From the NCBI GenBank assembly GCA_963713185.1, contig CAVQKV010000004.1, positions 163,810-227,809 on the forward strand: a DNA stretch of 64,000 nucleotides. Reading direction: 5' to 3'. The number at the start of each line of letters is the position of its first letter. The stretch's first letter is position 1. A program made the translations under genes and the position numbers. The DNA comes from an uncultured Actinomycetes bacterium (lineage in GTDB: Bacteria > Actinomycetota > UBA4738 > HRBIN12). This document shows positions 39,851 to 48,900 of this stretch, one piece after another. The notes beneath the pieces are model-generated. The model made no database searches. It was not told where the DNA came from and saw nothing but the letters and a program-made list of their open reading frames with translations.

Positions 39851-41257
39851 ATGGGCGCCGTGCCGTACCCCCTCGAGCCCGGTCCCGAGCAGATGCGCGC
39901 GATGGGCGAGGCCGCGCTCGGGTACCTGGTCGAGTTCGTGCAGTCCCAGGACGAGGCCGCGGCGATGGACGTCGAGGGCGCGATCGAGGCCGCCCGCCGG
40001 GTGCGCGGGGCGCCCCCGGACGGTCCCGGGAGCTTCGACCAGTTGATGGACACCGTGGACCTGATCGCCGCGAACTCGTACAACACCACGGGTCCGGGGT
40101 TCCTCCCGTTCATCCCGGGAGGAGGCCTGTTCGCCTCGGTCCTGGGGGACTTCCTCGCGACCGGCATCAACCGGTTCGTGAACCTGTGGGGGCAGGCGCC
40201 GGTCGGCACGCAGATCGAGGACAACGTCGTGCGGTGGCTCTGCGATCTGTTCGGGTACGGACCGGAGTCCCGGGGGATCCTGACCTCCGGCGGCTCGATC
40301 GCGAACCTGTCCGCGCTGGTCACGGCGCGCAAGGCGAAGCTGCCCGAGGACTTCCTCGATGGGACCCTCTACGTGTCCGAGCAGGTCCACGCCTCGAACG
40401 CGAAGGCGGCCTCGATCGCGGGCTTCCCGAACGCGAACGTCCGCTCGGTCCCGTGCACCTCGGAGCTTCGGATGGATCTGATGGCGCTCCGCGAGATGAT
40501 CCGGACCGATCGAGCGGCCGGGCGAACCCCGTTCTTCGTCATCGCGTCGGCCGGGACGACGAACACGGGCGCGATCGACCCGATCGACGGGATCGCCGAC
40601 GTCGCGGCCGGGGAGGACCTGTGGCTGCACGTCGATGCGGCCTACGGCGGCTTCTTCCAGCTCACCGAGCGCGGCCGGAGAGCGTTCGCGGGGGTGGAAC
40701 GGGCGGACTCGATCACGCTGGACCCGCACAAGGGGATGTTCCTGCCGTACGGGACCGGCTCCCTCGTCGTGCGCGAAGGCGCGCGGCTGCGCGAGGCGCA
40801 TGTGGTGGGCGCCGCGTACCTGCAGGACTTCCCCCCCGAGGACGAGCTGCCGAACTTCACCGAGTACTCGGCGGAGCTGTCGCGGGACTTCCGGGGTCTG
40901 CGCGTCTGGTTCCCGCTCGTCCTGCACGGCGTGGACGCGTTCCGCGAGGCGCTCGACGAGAAGCTCGACCTGGCACGCTGGCTGTACGAGGAGCTCTTGA
41001 CCATCCCCGAGCTCGAGCTGCCCTGGGAACCCGAGCTGACGGTCGTGCCCTTCCGGCTCCGGGACGGCTCGGGCGATGCCGATCGACGCCTCCTGGAGCT
41101 GATCAATGCCTCCAAGCGAGTCGTGCTCTCGAGCACGATCGTGGAGGATCGGTTCACCATCCGCGCGTGCATCCTGTCGCATCGGACGCACCGCGACCGC
41201 GTCGAGGAGTGCGCGCAGATCGTCCGGCGGGGCGTCGCAGACGTGACCGGGCGGTGA
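39851..41257 (+). CDS. Group II pyridoxal-dependent decarboxylase (aromatic amino acid / diaminobutyrate decarboxylase-like)
   Basis: LTSGGSIANLSALVTAR, HVDAAYGGFF, and DPHKGMFLPYGTG (PLP lysine). Confidence 0.85.
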   Translation: MGAVPYPLEPGPEQMRAMGEAALGYLVEFVQSQDEAAAMDVEGAIEAARRVRGAPPDGPGSFDQLMDTVDLIAANSYNTTGPGFLPFIPGGGLFASVLGDFLATGINRFVNLWGQAPVGTQIEDNVVRWLCDLFGYGPESRGILTSGGSIANLSALVTARKAKLPEDFLDGTLYVSEQVHASNAKAASIAGFPNANVRSVPCTSELRMDLMALREMIRTDRAAGRTPFFVIASAGTTNTGAIDPIDGIADVAAGEDLWLHVDAAYGGFFQLTERGRRAFAGVERADSITLDPHKGMFLPYGTGSLVVREGARLREAHVVGAAYLQDFPPEDELPNFTEYSAELSRDFRGLRVWFPLVLHGVDAFREALDEKLDLARWLYEELLTIPELELPWEPELTVVPFRLRDGSGDADRRLLELINASKRVVLSSTIVEDRFTIRACILSHRTHRDRVEECAQIVRRGVADVTGR

Positions 41258-41775
41258 CCGGCCGAGCCGCCGACCCGATCCGAACCGAGCGGCTCCTCCT
41301 GCGGCCGATGGAGCTCGGCGACCTCGACGGGTACGCGAGGGTGCTCGCCGACCCCGAGGTGGTGCGGTTCATCGGCGACGGGACGACGGCGGACGCGGCG
41401 GAGACGGCCGAGTGGCTCACGCGATCGCTCCATCGGAACGACCACGAGGGTTTCGATCGGAGATCGGTCGTCCTGCCCGACGACGGCTCGTTGCTCGGCT
41501 GGTGCGGGATCGCCGTGTGGGACATCCAGGGCACGATCGAGCGGGAGCTCGGCTACGTCCTGGGGCGGGAGTGGTGGGGTCGCGGCTACGCGACCGAGGC
41601 GGCGGCCGCGATGCGCGACCACGCACGTTCGGCGCTCGGCCTGACGCGGCTGATCGCGCTCATCCACCGGGACAACGAGGCCTCCAAGGGGGTGGCGCGC
41701 AAGCTCGGCATGGTCTACGAGCGCGTGGCGGAGTTCCACGGGCGTCTGGTCGAGCTGTTCGCGCTCGAGCCGTGA
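41254..41775 (+). CDS. GNAT N-acetyltransferase (RimJ/RimL-like), translationally coupled to the decarboxylase
   Basis: The GTG overlaps the decarboxylase stop (GTGA). IRTERLLLRPMELGDLDGY...ELGYVLGREWWGRGYATEAAAAMRDHA. Confidence 0.8.
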   Translation: MTGRAADPIRTERLLLRPMELGDLDGYARVLADPEVVRFIGDGTTADAAETAEWLTRSLHRNDHEGFDRRSVVLPDDGSLLGWCGIAVWDIQGTIERELGYVLGREWWGRGYATEAAAAMRDHARSALGLTRLIALIHRDNEASKGVARKLGMVYERVAEFHGRLVELFALEP

Positions 41776-41895
41776 GCCCCCCTCTTCCTCGGCACGAACC
41801 TATGCACTGTCCCCGCGATATGTGCAGAGGTCCATGCGTCTTCGATACAACATGTGCATCGGTTCCGAGGGGGACCGGGGAAGGAAGGACGCGAG

Positions 41896-42129
41896 ATGAG
41901 GAAGATCGATGGTCTGGCACTGCTCCTCGTGATCGTGGGGGCGTTGAACTGGGGTCTGGTCGCGCTCTTCGGGTTCGACCTGGTTGCGGCGATTGCCGGC
42001 CTGGACTTCGGTGAGACGAACGCCTTCACCCGCGCGGTCTACGGCCTCGTGGGGCTGTCCGGCGTCTACGTGGCCGCGCAGGTCGGGGCGATGCGTCGTC
42101 GCTGGAGCTTCAGCCTGGCGACTGGCTGA
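41896..42129 (+). CDS. DUF378-domain small membrane protein
   Basis: MRKIDGLALLLVIVGALNWGLVALFGFDLVAAI...YGLVGLSGVY is the typical DUF378 pattern. ATG 41896 follows GGAAGGAAGGA. Confidence 0.75.
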   Translation: MRKIDGLALLLVIVGALNWGLVALFGFDLVAAIAGLDFGETNAFTRAVYGLVGLSGVYVAAQVGAMRRRWSFSLATG

Positions 42130-42144
42130 TCCACCCGCCCCGTC

Positions 42145-42179
42145 TTCGGAGCCGCCGGTCCCGAGCCGGCGGCTCCGAA
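42145..42179 (+). terminator. Intrinsic-terminator-like hairpin after the DUF378 gene
   Basis: 14-bp perfect stem: TTCGGAGCCGCCGG (42145-42158) pairs with CCGGCGGCTCCGAA (42166-42179). The loop is 7 nt. Confidence 0.6.
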
Positions 42180-42201
42180 CGCCCGTGGCTAGCATGACCA
42201 C

Positions 42202-43035
42202 GTGCCCGAGCTCCCCGAGGTCCAGGCGCTCGCCGAGCGGCTCACCGATGCGGTGGGTGGCTCCGCGCTCACGGCCGCGAACCAGCTGCAGTTCTCCTCG
42301 CTGAAGACGGTGCAGCCGCGAGGGTCGGAGCTCTTCGGTCGGACCCTGGAGCGTGTGAGTCGGCGCGGGAAGTTCCTGGTCTTCGAGTACGGCGGGCCCC
42401 GGATCTTGGTGCACCTCTCGCAGGGTGGCCGTCTCGACGTCGAGGATCCGCCGAAGTCGACGAAGCCGCGGGGCGCCGTGGTTCGCTTCTCGTTCGACGG
42501 ACGCCCGTCGGTGCTGGTGAAGGAGTTCGGCCGCGAGCGCAAGGCCGGGTGGTGGGTCCTGGCCGAAGGGGACGAGGGCCCGCTCGCCAAGCTCGGCCCC
42601 GAGCCCGATTCGGAGGAGTTCGACCGCCTCGTGCTGGCGAGTGACGACGCCCGACGCGTGCACACCATCCTGCGTGACCAGCGCACGGTCGCCGGGATCG
42701 GCCGCGGGTACTCCGACGACATCCTGCACCGCGCGAAGCTCTCGCCGTACGCCTCGCTCGGCGTGCTCTCGGTCGACCAGCGGCGTGCCGTGCTCGACGC
42801 CGTCGGGGAGGTGCTGAGTGGGGCGCTCGAGGCCGAGCGGCGCCGTGCGGGCGGGCTGCCGACGAAGATCGGGCATCACTTCACCGTCCACGGCCGATAC
42901 GGGAAACCCTGCCCGGTCTGCGGCGACGACCTGCGCCGCGTCTCGTACGAGTCACACGAGGTGACCTACTGCCCGACCTGCCAAACCGGCGGCAGGGTTC
43001 TCGCCGACCGCCGTCTCTCGCGCCTGATCAAGTGA
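42202..43035 (+). CDS. Fpg/Nei family DNA glycosylase / AP lyase
   Basis: MPELPEV N-terminus, an H2TH region ([23 protein letters not shown]), and a C-terminal zinc finger CPVCGDDL...YCPTCQ. Confidence 0.88.
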   Translation: MPELPEVQALAERLTDAVGGSALTAANQLQFSSLKTVQPRGSELFGRTLERVSRRGKFLVFEYGGPRILVHLSQGGRLDVEDPPKSTKPRGAVVRFSFDGRPSVLVKEFGRERKAGWWVLAEGDEGPLAKLGPEPDSEEFDRLVLASDDARRVHTILRDQRTVAGIGRGYSDDILHRAKLSPYASLGVLSVDQRRAVLDAVGEVLSGALEAERRRAGGLPTKIGHHFTVHGRYGKPCPVCGDDLRRVSYESHEVTYCPTCQTGGRVLADRRLSRLIK

Positions 43036-43118
43036 TACGGTCGCGCATCTAATGGACTTAGGTTCTTAGAACCCCTAGGTTGATTGAATTCGCCTAATGG
43101 ATATCGGATACTTATCAC
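43036..43118 (+). promoter_or_regulatory. AT-rich intergenic region with operator-like symmetry upstream of the CGNR zinc-finger gene
   Basis: GC content drops sharply here relative to ~70% elsewhere. Inverted repeat GGTTCT-T-AGAACC at 43061-43073. Direct repeat CTAATGGA at 43048-43055 and 43094-43101. TAGGTT occurs twice. Flanking GTGATA (43032-43037) and TATCAC (43112-43117) are also inverted. Confidence 0.5.
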
Positions 43119-43613
43119 GTGTCGAACCCGGCCATGGGTCTGGCGAACACGGCGTTCGATTCGGGGAGCGCCCTGAGAGCATGGCTGGAGGCCGAGGGCG
43201 GTCTCGAGGCACTCGAGAGCGCCGAGGTCTCGCTCCGCCTGGCGGAGTTCGTCGCCCTCCGGGATTCGGTCCGTGAGCTCCTGGAGGCGTCGATCGGCGG
43301 CGGTCCCTTCCCCGCCGCCGCCGTCGAGCACATCAACGAGGCCAGCGCTCGGGTTCCGCGCGTGCTCCGCCTCGAGGCCGATGGTCCGTGCGAGGCGCCG
43401 TTCGCCGCGGGTCCGACCCGGTTGATCCTCGCGCGGGTCGCCTGGTCGGCGATCGAGCTCGTGGGCGGCGCCGACCGCGCCCGCCTGCGCCGGTGCGGTT
43501 CGTGCGGGCGATACTTCGTCTCGACGCGTCCGGACCGGCTCTGGTGCTCCAACGCTTGCGGGAATCGGGCGAGGGTTGCTCGACACCACGCTCGTCGACG
43601 GGCGCCCGCGTAA
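43119..43613 (+). CDS. CGNR zinc-finger domain protein (ABATE + zf-CGNR, putative stress-linked regulator)
   Basis: C-terminal RRCGSCGRYFVSTRPDRLWCSNACGNRARVARHH is the CGNR signature. The start is either GTG 43119 or ATG 43134. Confidence 0.8.
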   Translation: MSNPAMGLANTAFDSGSALRAWLEAEGGLEALESAEVSLRLAEFVALRDSVRELLEASIGGGPFPAAAVEHINEASARVPRVLRLEADGPCEAPFAAGPTRLILARVAWSAIELVGGADRARLRRCGSCGRYFVSTRPDRLWCSNACGNRARVARHHARRRAPA

Positions 43614-43622
43614 CCTTCCGTC

Positions 43623-43787
43623 GTGACCTGTCCGGCGTGCGGCGAACCGAACCCCGGGCGAGCGAGGTTCTGCGTCGCGTGCGGCTCGATCCTCGCCGAC
43701 GAGGAGGCGTCGTCCGGGGAGGAGCGCAAGCTCGTCCCGATCGTCTCCGAGCTCGCATCCGCCCTCGAAGGCGTCCCGGCTTCGTGA
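43623..43787 (+). CDS. 54-aa zinc-ribbon ORF, possibly the N-terminal remnant of a zinc-ribbon cyclase-type gene
   Basis: VTCPACGEPNPGRARFCVACGSIL...EERKLV. This prefix normally precedes a class III cyclase domain (EERKxVTVLFADL), which is missing here. The stop overlaps the next start (GTGA). Confidence 0.35.
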   Translation: MTCPACGEPNPGRARFCVACGSILADEEASSGEERKLVPIVSELASALEGVPAS

Positions 43788-44631
43788 TCGCGATCCTCGG
43801 CGGCCTCGCCGCGGCCGCGATGTGGGCGGCCTCCGCCCTGTGCATCAGCCGGTCCACGCGCATGCTCCCCCCGTCGCGATCCTCGGCAGCGTGCTGCTGA
43901 TCGGCGCCGTGGTCTCGGCGCCGTTCGCGCTCGCCCAAGGGGTACCGGCCGGGCTCGGGCGGGAGCAGGTCGGGCTGATCGTCCTGACCGCGATCGGCAA
44001 CACGACCGGGCTCCTGCTCGTGTACAGCTCGCTGCGGTTCGGCAAGGTCGGGGTGGTCGCCCCGATCACGTCGGCGCAGGGTGCCGCGGCGGCGGTCATC
44101 GCGGTGCTCGCCGGCGAGCAGATCGCGACCGGAGCCGGCGTGGCGCTCGGCGTGATCGTGCTCGGCGTCGTGCTGTCGAGCATGTCGCGGACGACCGAAC
44201 TCGGCTCCGACCGGCGCGAGGGATTGGCGGTCGCGCTCGCGATCGGCGCGGCCCTGTTCTTCGGCCTCGGCCTGTTCGCGATGGGCCGGCTGTCGGAGGA
44301 CGTCCCGATCGCGTGGATCATCTTCCCGTCGCGGACGATCGCCGTGCTGCTGGTCACGATCCCGCTCGCGATCGCCGGACGGTTGCGGATGACGCGCGAG
44401 GCCGCGCCGCTCGTCGTCGCGTCCGGCCTGCTCGAGGTCGCGGGGCTGGTCGCCTTCACGCTCGGCGCGCGTCACGGGATCGCGGTCGCGGCGGTCCTCG
44501 GCTCGCAGTTCGCCGCGATCGCGGCGGTGGCCGCGTTCGTGCTGTTCCGGGAACGGCTGGCCCGCGTGCAGATCGTCGGGGTGGTGGTCATCGCGACGGG
44601 GGTGGCGGTCCTGACCGCGCTGCAGGCGTAG
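43784..44631 (+). pseudogene. EamA/DMT-family transporter with an apparent frameshift in a C6 run (43867-43872)
   Basis: The N-terminal 28 codons (VIAILGGLAAAAMWAASALCISRSTRML) are in one frame. The rest (PVAILGSVLLIGAVV... with 9-10 TM helices) is in ORF 43822-44631. The junction is CATGCTCCCCCCGTCG. Confidence 0.75.
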
Positions 44632-44662
44632 GGCTCCGCCGCGCCGGTGCTAGCCTCGCGCC

Positions 44663-46171
44663 GTGCCGGACCCCTTCGCGGACCTTCCCGAACCCGAACT
44701 CGTCGACATCCGCGACGAGGCCGTCGCCCGCCCCGCGCTCGAGCGGCTCGGCAGGGCGGTCTGGGAGGAGGCCCTCCGCTACGTCTACGAGGACGCGATG
44801 CAGCGGCCGCTCCGAGCGGTGCCGTACCCGGAGATGCGCCGCACCTTCTTCGGGGCGTCGGGTGAACCGGCGCCCCCTCCGGACACCGCCTCGAAGGCCG
44901 AGGACGTCCTGGGCGAGTTCCGGGAGCGGGTCGCCCCGTACGTCTTCAACACCCAGCATCCCGGCTCGTACAGCTACTTCACGCCGCCGCCGCTCGCGAT
45001 GTCGATCGCTGGTGAGCTCCTCGCGCAGTGGGTGAACCAGGGCGTCGACGTCTGGGTCGCGGGACCGGTGGGGGCGCTCGTGGAGGAGGAGGTCACGGCC
45101 TGGCTCCGAACGCTGATCGGGTTCGGCGCCGGCTCGTGGGCCGTGCTCACCTCGGGCGGGGTGATGGCGAACATCATGGCGCTCACGGTCGCGCGCGACA
45201 TCCATCTGGCCCGGCTCCTCGGCCTGCGCGAGCCGCCGCGGGCGGGCGCGCTCGAGGGCACCCGCGTGTACGCGAGCGACCAGGCGCATTTCTCGATCGC
45301 GCGCGCGCTCGACGTGCTCGGGTTCCCGCCCGAGACCCTGCGCATCGTGCCCTCGGACGAGCGGTTCCGGTTGCACGCGGCGCCGGTCGCGAACGCCGTC
45401 GCCGAGGACCGCGCCGCCGGTCTGGTGCCGTTCGCGATCGCGGCGGTCGCCGGCTCGACGAACACCGGCAGCGTCGACCTCACCGGCGAGCTGGCTGACC
45501 TCGCCGAACGGGAGCGGTTGTGGCTGCACGTCGATGCCGCGTACGGGGGCGGGGCGGCGTTGTCGTCTCGGGTCGCGCGGCGCGTGCCCGACCTCGAGCG
45601 CGCCGACAGCGTCACGATCGACCCGCACAAGTGGTTCTTCCAGCCGTACGACATCGGCGCGCTCGTCGTGAAGCGCCGCGAGGACCTGCAGGAGACGTTC
45701 CACCGCACGCCGGAGTACTACCGGCATCCGAGTCCGAAGGACGCACCGCTGAACTGGTTCGAGTACTCGATCGAGGGGACGCGGCGGTTCCGCGGGCTGA
45801 AGCTCTGGCTGTCGTGGAAGCACCTGGGGACGGCGGGGTTCGCGCGGCTGATCGAGCACAACGTCGACCTGGCGGCGTACCTCGCCGCGAGGTGCCGAGA
45901 GGCGGCGGACCTCGACGTCGTCCCGGACGAGCCCGAGCTCTCGGTCGTGTGCTTCCGCCACCTGCCGCGGGGGCTCGAGGGCGACGCGCTGGACGCCTAC
46001 CAGGACCGGCTCCAGCTCGCGCTCGAGGCCAGCGAGGAGGCCTGGGTCTCGACGACGAGGATCCGCGGCGCGACGTACCTGCGAGCCGGGATCGTGAACT
46101 ACCTGTCCTCCGAGGCCGACGTGGATCGCATGCTCGAGACCCTCCGGCGTCTTTCGCCCGAAGTGCGCTGA
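44663..46171 (+). CDS. Group II pyridoxal-dependent decarboxylase (second copy)
   Basis: LTSGGVMANIMALTVARD, HVDAAYGGGAAL, and DPHKWFFQPYDIGALVV (PLP lysine). Confidence 0.85.
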   Translation: MPDPFADLPEPELVDIRDEAVARPALERLGRAVWEEALRYVYEDAMQRPLRAVPYPEMRRTFFGASGEPAPPPDTASKAEDVLGEFRERVAPYVFNTQHPGSYSYFTPPPLAMSIAGELLAQWVNQGVDVWVAGPVGALVEEEVTAWLRTLIGFGAGSWAVLTSGGVMANIMALTVARDIHLARLLGLREPPRAGALEGTRVYASDQAHFSIARALDVLGFPPETLRIVPSDERFRLHAAPVANAVAEDRAAGLVPFAIAAVAGSTNTGSVDLTGELADLAERERLWLHVDAAYGGGAALSSRVARRVPDLERADSVTIDPHKWFFQPYDIGALVVKRREDLQETFHRTPEYYRHPSPKDAPLNWFEYSIEGTRRFRGLKLWLSWKHLGTAGFARLIEHNVDLAAYLAARCREAADLDVVPDEPELSVVCFRHLPRGLEGDALDAYQDRLQLALEASEEAWVSTTRIRGATYLRAGIVNYLSSEADVDRMLETLRRLSPEVR

Positions 46172-46272
46172 CGTACACTCCGCCGGATGTCGACCGCCAG
46201 GACGTGGTTGTTCCGAACCGCTACGAGCGCAGCCGCTGGGCGAACGAGCGGAGGCTCGCCTAGGCTCGCCGC

Positions 46273-46854
46273 GTGACCAAGCCGGACCGCCCCGATGACG
46301 GACGGACGATGCGCGAGCGCATGCTGGCGGGAGAACGGTACCTGGCCGACGACCCGGTCCTCGTCGAGGAGCAGGCGCGCGCCTCGAGGCTCCTCGACCG
46401 CTTCAACCGGACCGGAGCCGACGACGGCGCCGAGCGGCACGAGCTCCTCGTCGAGCTCCTGGGGCATCTCGGCCCCGGATCCGAGATCAAGCCGCCCCTG
46501 CGATGCGACTACGGGTACCCGATACAGATCGGCGCGCGGACGTTCGTGAACTACGGGCTCGTCGCCCTCGACGTCGCACCGATCACGATCGGCGACGACG
46601 TGCAGATCGGTCCCAACGTGCAGCTCCTGACACCGACGCACCCCATCGAGCCCGACCCGAGGCGGGCGAAGTGGGAGGCGGCCGAACCAATCGCCATCGG
46701 AGACAACGCATGGCTGGGCGGTGGGGTCATCGTCCTCCCGGGCGTCACGATCGGCGAGAACACCGTCGTCGGCGCCGGATCGATCGTGACGAAGGATCTC
46801 CCTCCGAACGTGGTCGCAGCGGGCAACCCCGCGCGCGTGATCCGGTCCGTCTGA
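46273..46854 (+). CDS. Sugar O-acetyltransferase, left-handed beta-helix (maltose/galactoside acetyltransferase-like)
   Basis: Mac-type N-terminus (MRERMLAGERYLADDPVLVEEQARASRLL..FN) followed by hexapeptide repeats (IGDDVQIGPNV, IGDNAWLGGGVIVLPGVTIGENTVVGAGSIV). Confidence 0.85.
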   Translation: MTKPDRPDDGRTMRERMLAGERYLADDPVLVEEQARASRLLDRFNRTGADDGAERHELLVELLGHLGPGSEIKPPLRCDYGYPIQIGARTFVNYGLVALDVAPITIGDDVQIGPNVQLLTPTHPIEPDPRRAKWEAAEPIAIGDNAWLGGGVIVLPGVTIGENTVVGAGSIVTKDLPPNVVAAGNPARVIRSV

Positions 46855-46885
46855 GGACCCTCGGTCGACCGCTCTTCGGGACGCG

Positions 46886-46916
46886 GAAGGGGGCGCCCCT
46901 TTAGGGCGCCCCCTTC
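46886..46916. terminator. Bidirectional terminator-like hairpin between convergent genes
   Basis: 13-bp perfect stem: GAAGGGGGCGCCC (46886-46898) pairs with GGGCGCCCCCTTC (46904-46916). The loop is CTTTA. Confidence 0.7.
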
Positions 46917-46935
46917 TCCGTTGAGTGGGTTGTTG

Positions 46936-48728
46936 CTAGATCCCCGGGATGCGGATCAGCAGCAGCTGGCCTCCTTCGCGCTTGTACGTGAAGTCGGGAT
47001 CGGTGTCGCGTCGAGGAAGTTATCCGCACCCGCTGCCTTCTCCATCCAGAGCGAGTGCGCCTGGACGTTGATCAGGAACGCGCCAGTGCCGAACGCCGCC
47101 GAGGCGTCGACGATGCCGGTCGTCTCCCAGGAGCCCCAGTTGCCGAGCGGAGGGTCCGGGGTCGGGGTGGGACCAACATCCGTCGGGCCATTGTCGGCCG
47201 ACTGGTTCATCTTCGCGACGACCTGAGGCAGAGCTCGGTGACGAGAACGGGACGTACCACAGGCGCGCCGTGGTCGCGTTGGGGTCTGGGGGTTCGCGGG
47301 GAACTGGTTGCTGCCACCGGATCCTCGGTCACGAGGAGTCCGGTCTGCGTCGTCTCGATGTTGTCCGGCTGGTGGACCTCGTCCAGGGTCTTGACGGGAT
47401 TGTCGTCGCCGTCGAGGAGGATGGTAAGCGAGTCACCTGCGTCGGGTCGTCGGGTCGAGCACCATCTTCCAGACGCGGCCGTTCGTGGACTCGAAGTTCG
47501 GCGTGTCCAGGGGTCGTCGGCCGTCGGCCGCGGCCCGAGTCGGCGAAGTAGACGACGTTCCCCATGCCGGGGCGCTTGTCGTACGCGATGTCCTCGACGC
47601 GAACGAACTGGAAGACATGGTTGATGTCGCTCCAGTACTCGAGCACCCACTGGGGGCCGTCGATCGGGACCGCCGGCGTTACGGTACGAAGGTCGGTCTG
47701 CCAGCGGCGCCCGGCGGTGGCAGGGGTACCCGACGTCCGCTGACGTCAGCTCGGAGCCGTCAACAGGGTCGTTTCCGGTCGCGATCTCCTTCGGCACCTC
47801 GATGAAGTGACCGGTGATCGACTCGTGGCGGAGCCGGGTGCGAAGTCGTAGTAGTCGTTGAAGCCCGGCGTGTCCGAGACGAATGCCCACAGGTCGCCCT
47901 CGTCTGCGAGCAGCGCATCCGTGTCTCGGCGCGATGTACGAGTACAGCTGCGACTGGGCGGGCGCGGACGCCGCCGGGGTAGCGGGGCCATCGGGCGGGA
48001 GCCGTCAGCGGGCCGCTCGTGAACGTGTCGTCGCCCGAGAGGACGACCAGGATCGTCGTATCCCGGGATCGCGACGTCGTTCTCGTGGTTGTGTCGGCCC
48101 ATCCCGTAGATGGTGCTGGTAACCGCCGGTGTCCGGGGTCGAGCGCGAGGACGACGCCGTTCTCCTCTGCCCCCTGGGGCGCCGAGGGGCGGCGGCCACG
48201 AGTTCTCCTGCCGGAACACGTAGTCCGGCGACTCCTCGTTTGTGAAGAAGATGTCGCGGCCGAATCCCTCCCTGCTCGTTGCGAGGAAGTTCGAGCAGAA
48301 TCGCTGGAAGCCACCGCCGCTACCGATGACGAACGAGCCGTCGAGCACCCGCGCCCGCCGCGTTCAGAGTCAGCTGGCTGACCTGCGAGTTGTCGAAGTC
48401 GCTCTGGCCGTTGAAGCCGCGGTCGGGGCGGCCGAGTGCGAACGGGAACGGCACCTTGCTCGTCTCATGGTTCACGTAGAGATCGATCAGGCCCCGAGCC
48501 CGATCGGACGGACCGAGATCCCGTCGGGGATCGCCTCGAATCGGTAGCCACTGGGCAGCACGTCGCCGACGGTCAAGAGCGGCTGTCATCGAGACGCCGT
48601 TCTTGACGGCGGTGAGCATCGAGGGCCTGGATGGTCTTGAAGCCACCGTTCTCGGCTGCCAGCGCGGCGTGCCAGAGAGCACCATGGCCATCGCGAGCAG
48701 GGCGCAGGCGAAGACCTCCGTCTCGCAT
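46936..48728 (-). pseudogene. Secreted PhoX/DUF839-like beta-propeller protein, shattered by about 15 or more frameshifts
   Basis: ATG 48728 follows AAGGAGG. Recognisable consecutive peptide blocks alternate among all three minus frames: ETEVFACALLAMAMVLSG / ALAAENGGFKTIQAL / LIDLYVNHETSKVPFPF / GGGFQRFCSNFLATSREGFGRDIFFTNEE / TIYGMGRHNHENDVAIPGYDD / LVVLSGDDTFTSGPL / LEYWSDINHVFQFVRVEDIAYDKRPGMGNVVYFADSG / DSLTILLDGDDNPVKTLDEVHQPDNIETT / WETTGIVDASAAFGTGAFLINVQAHS / DFTYKREGGQLLLIRIPGI*. The family call is moderate. Confidence 0.7.
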
Positions 48729-48900
48729 GGTTCCTCCTTGGGGCAGGGGACAGGTCCAGTCGTAGCAGACTCCCTCGGCGCGGGCAACCCACACGCAGCG
48801 TAGGTACGTGCATGCGTGTGACGCCGTCGTGCTTGCTCGCCAACGGGCGTGCTCTCCTCGAGGTCATGCCGGCGGATCGGCTCGCTGGTTATGGTGAGCT

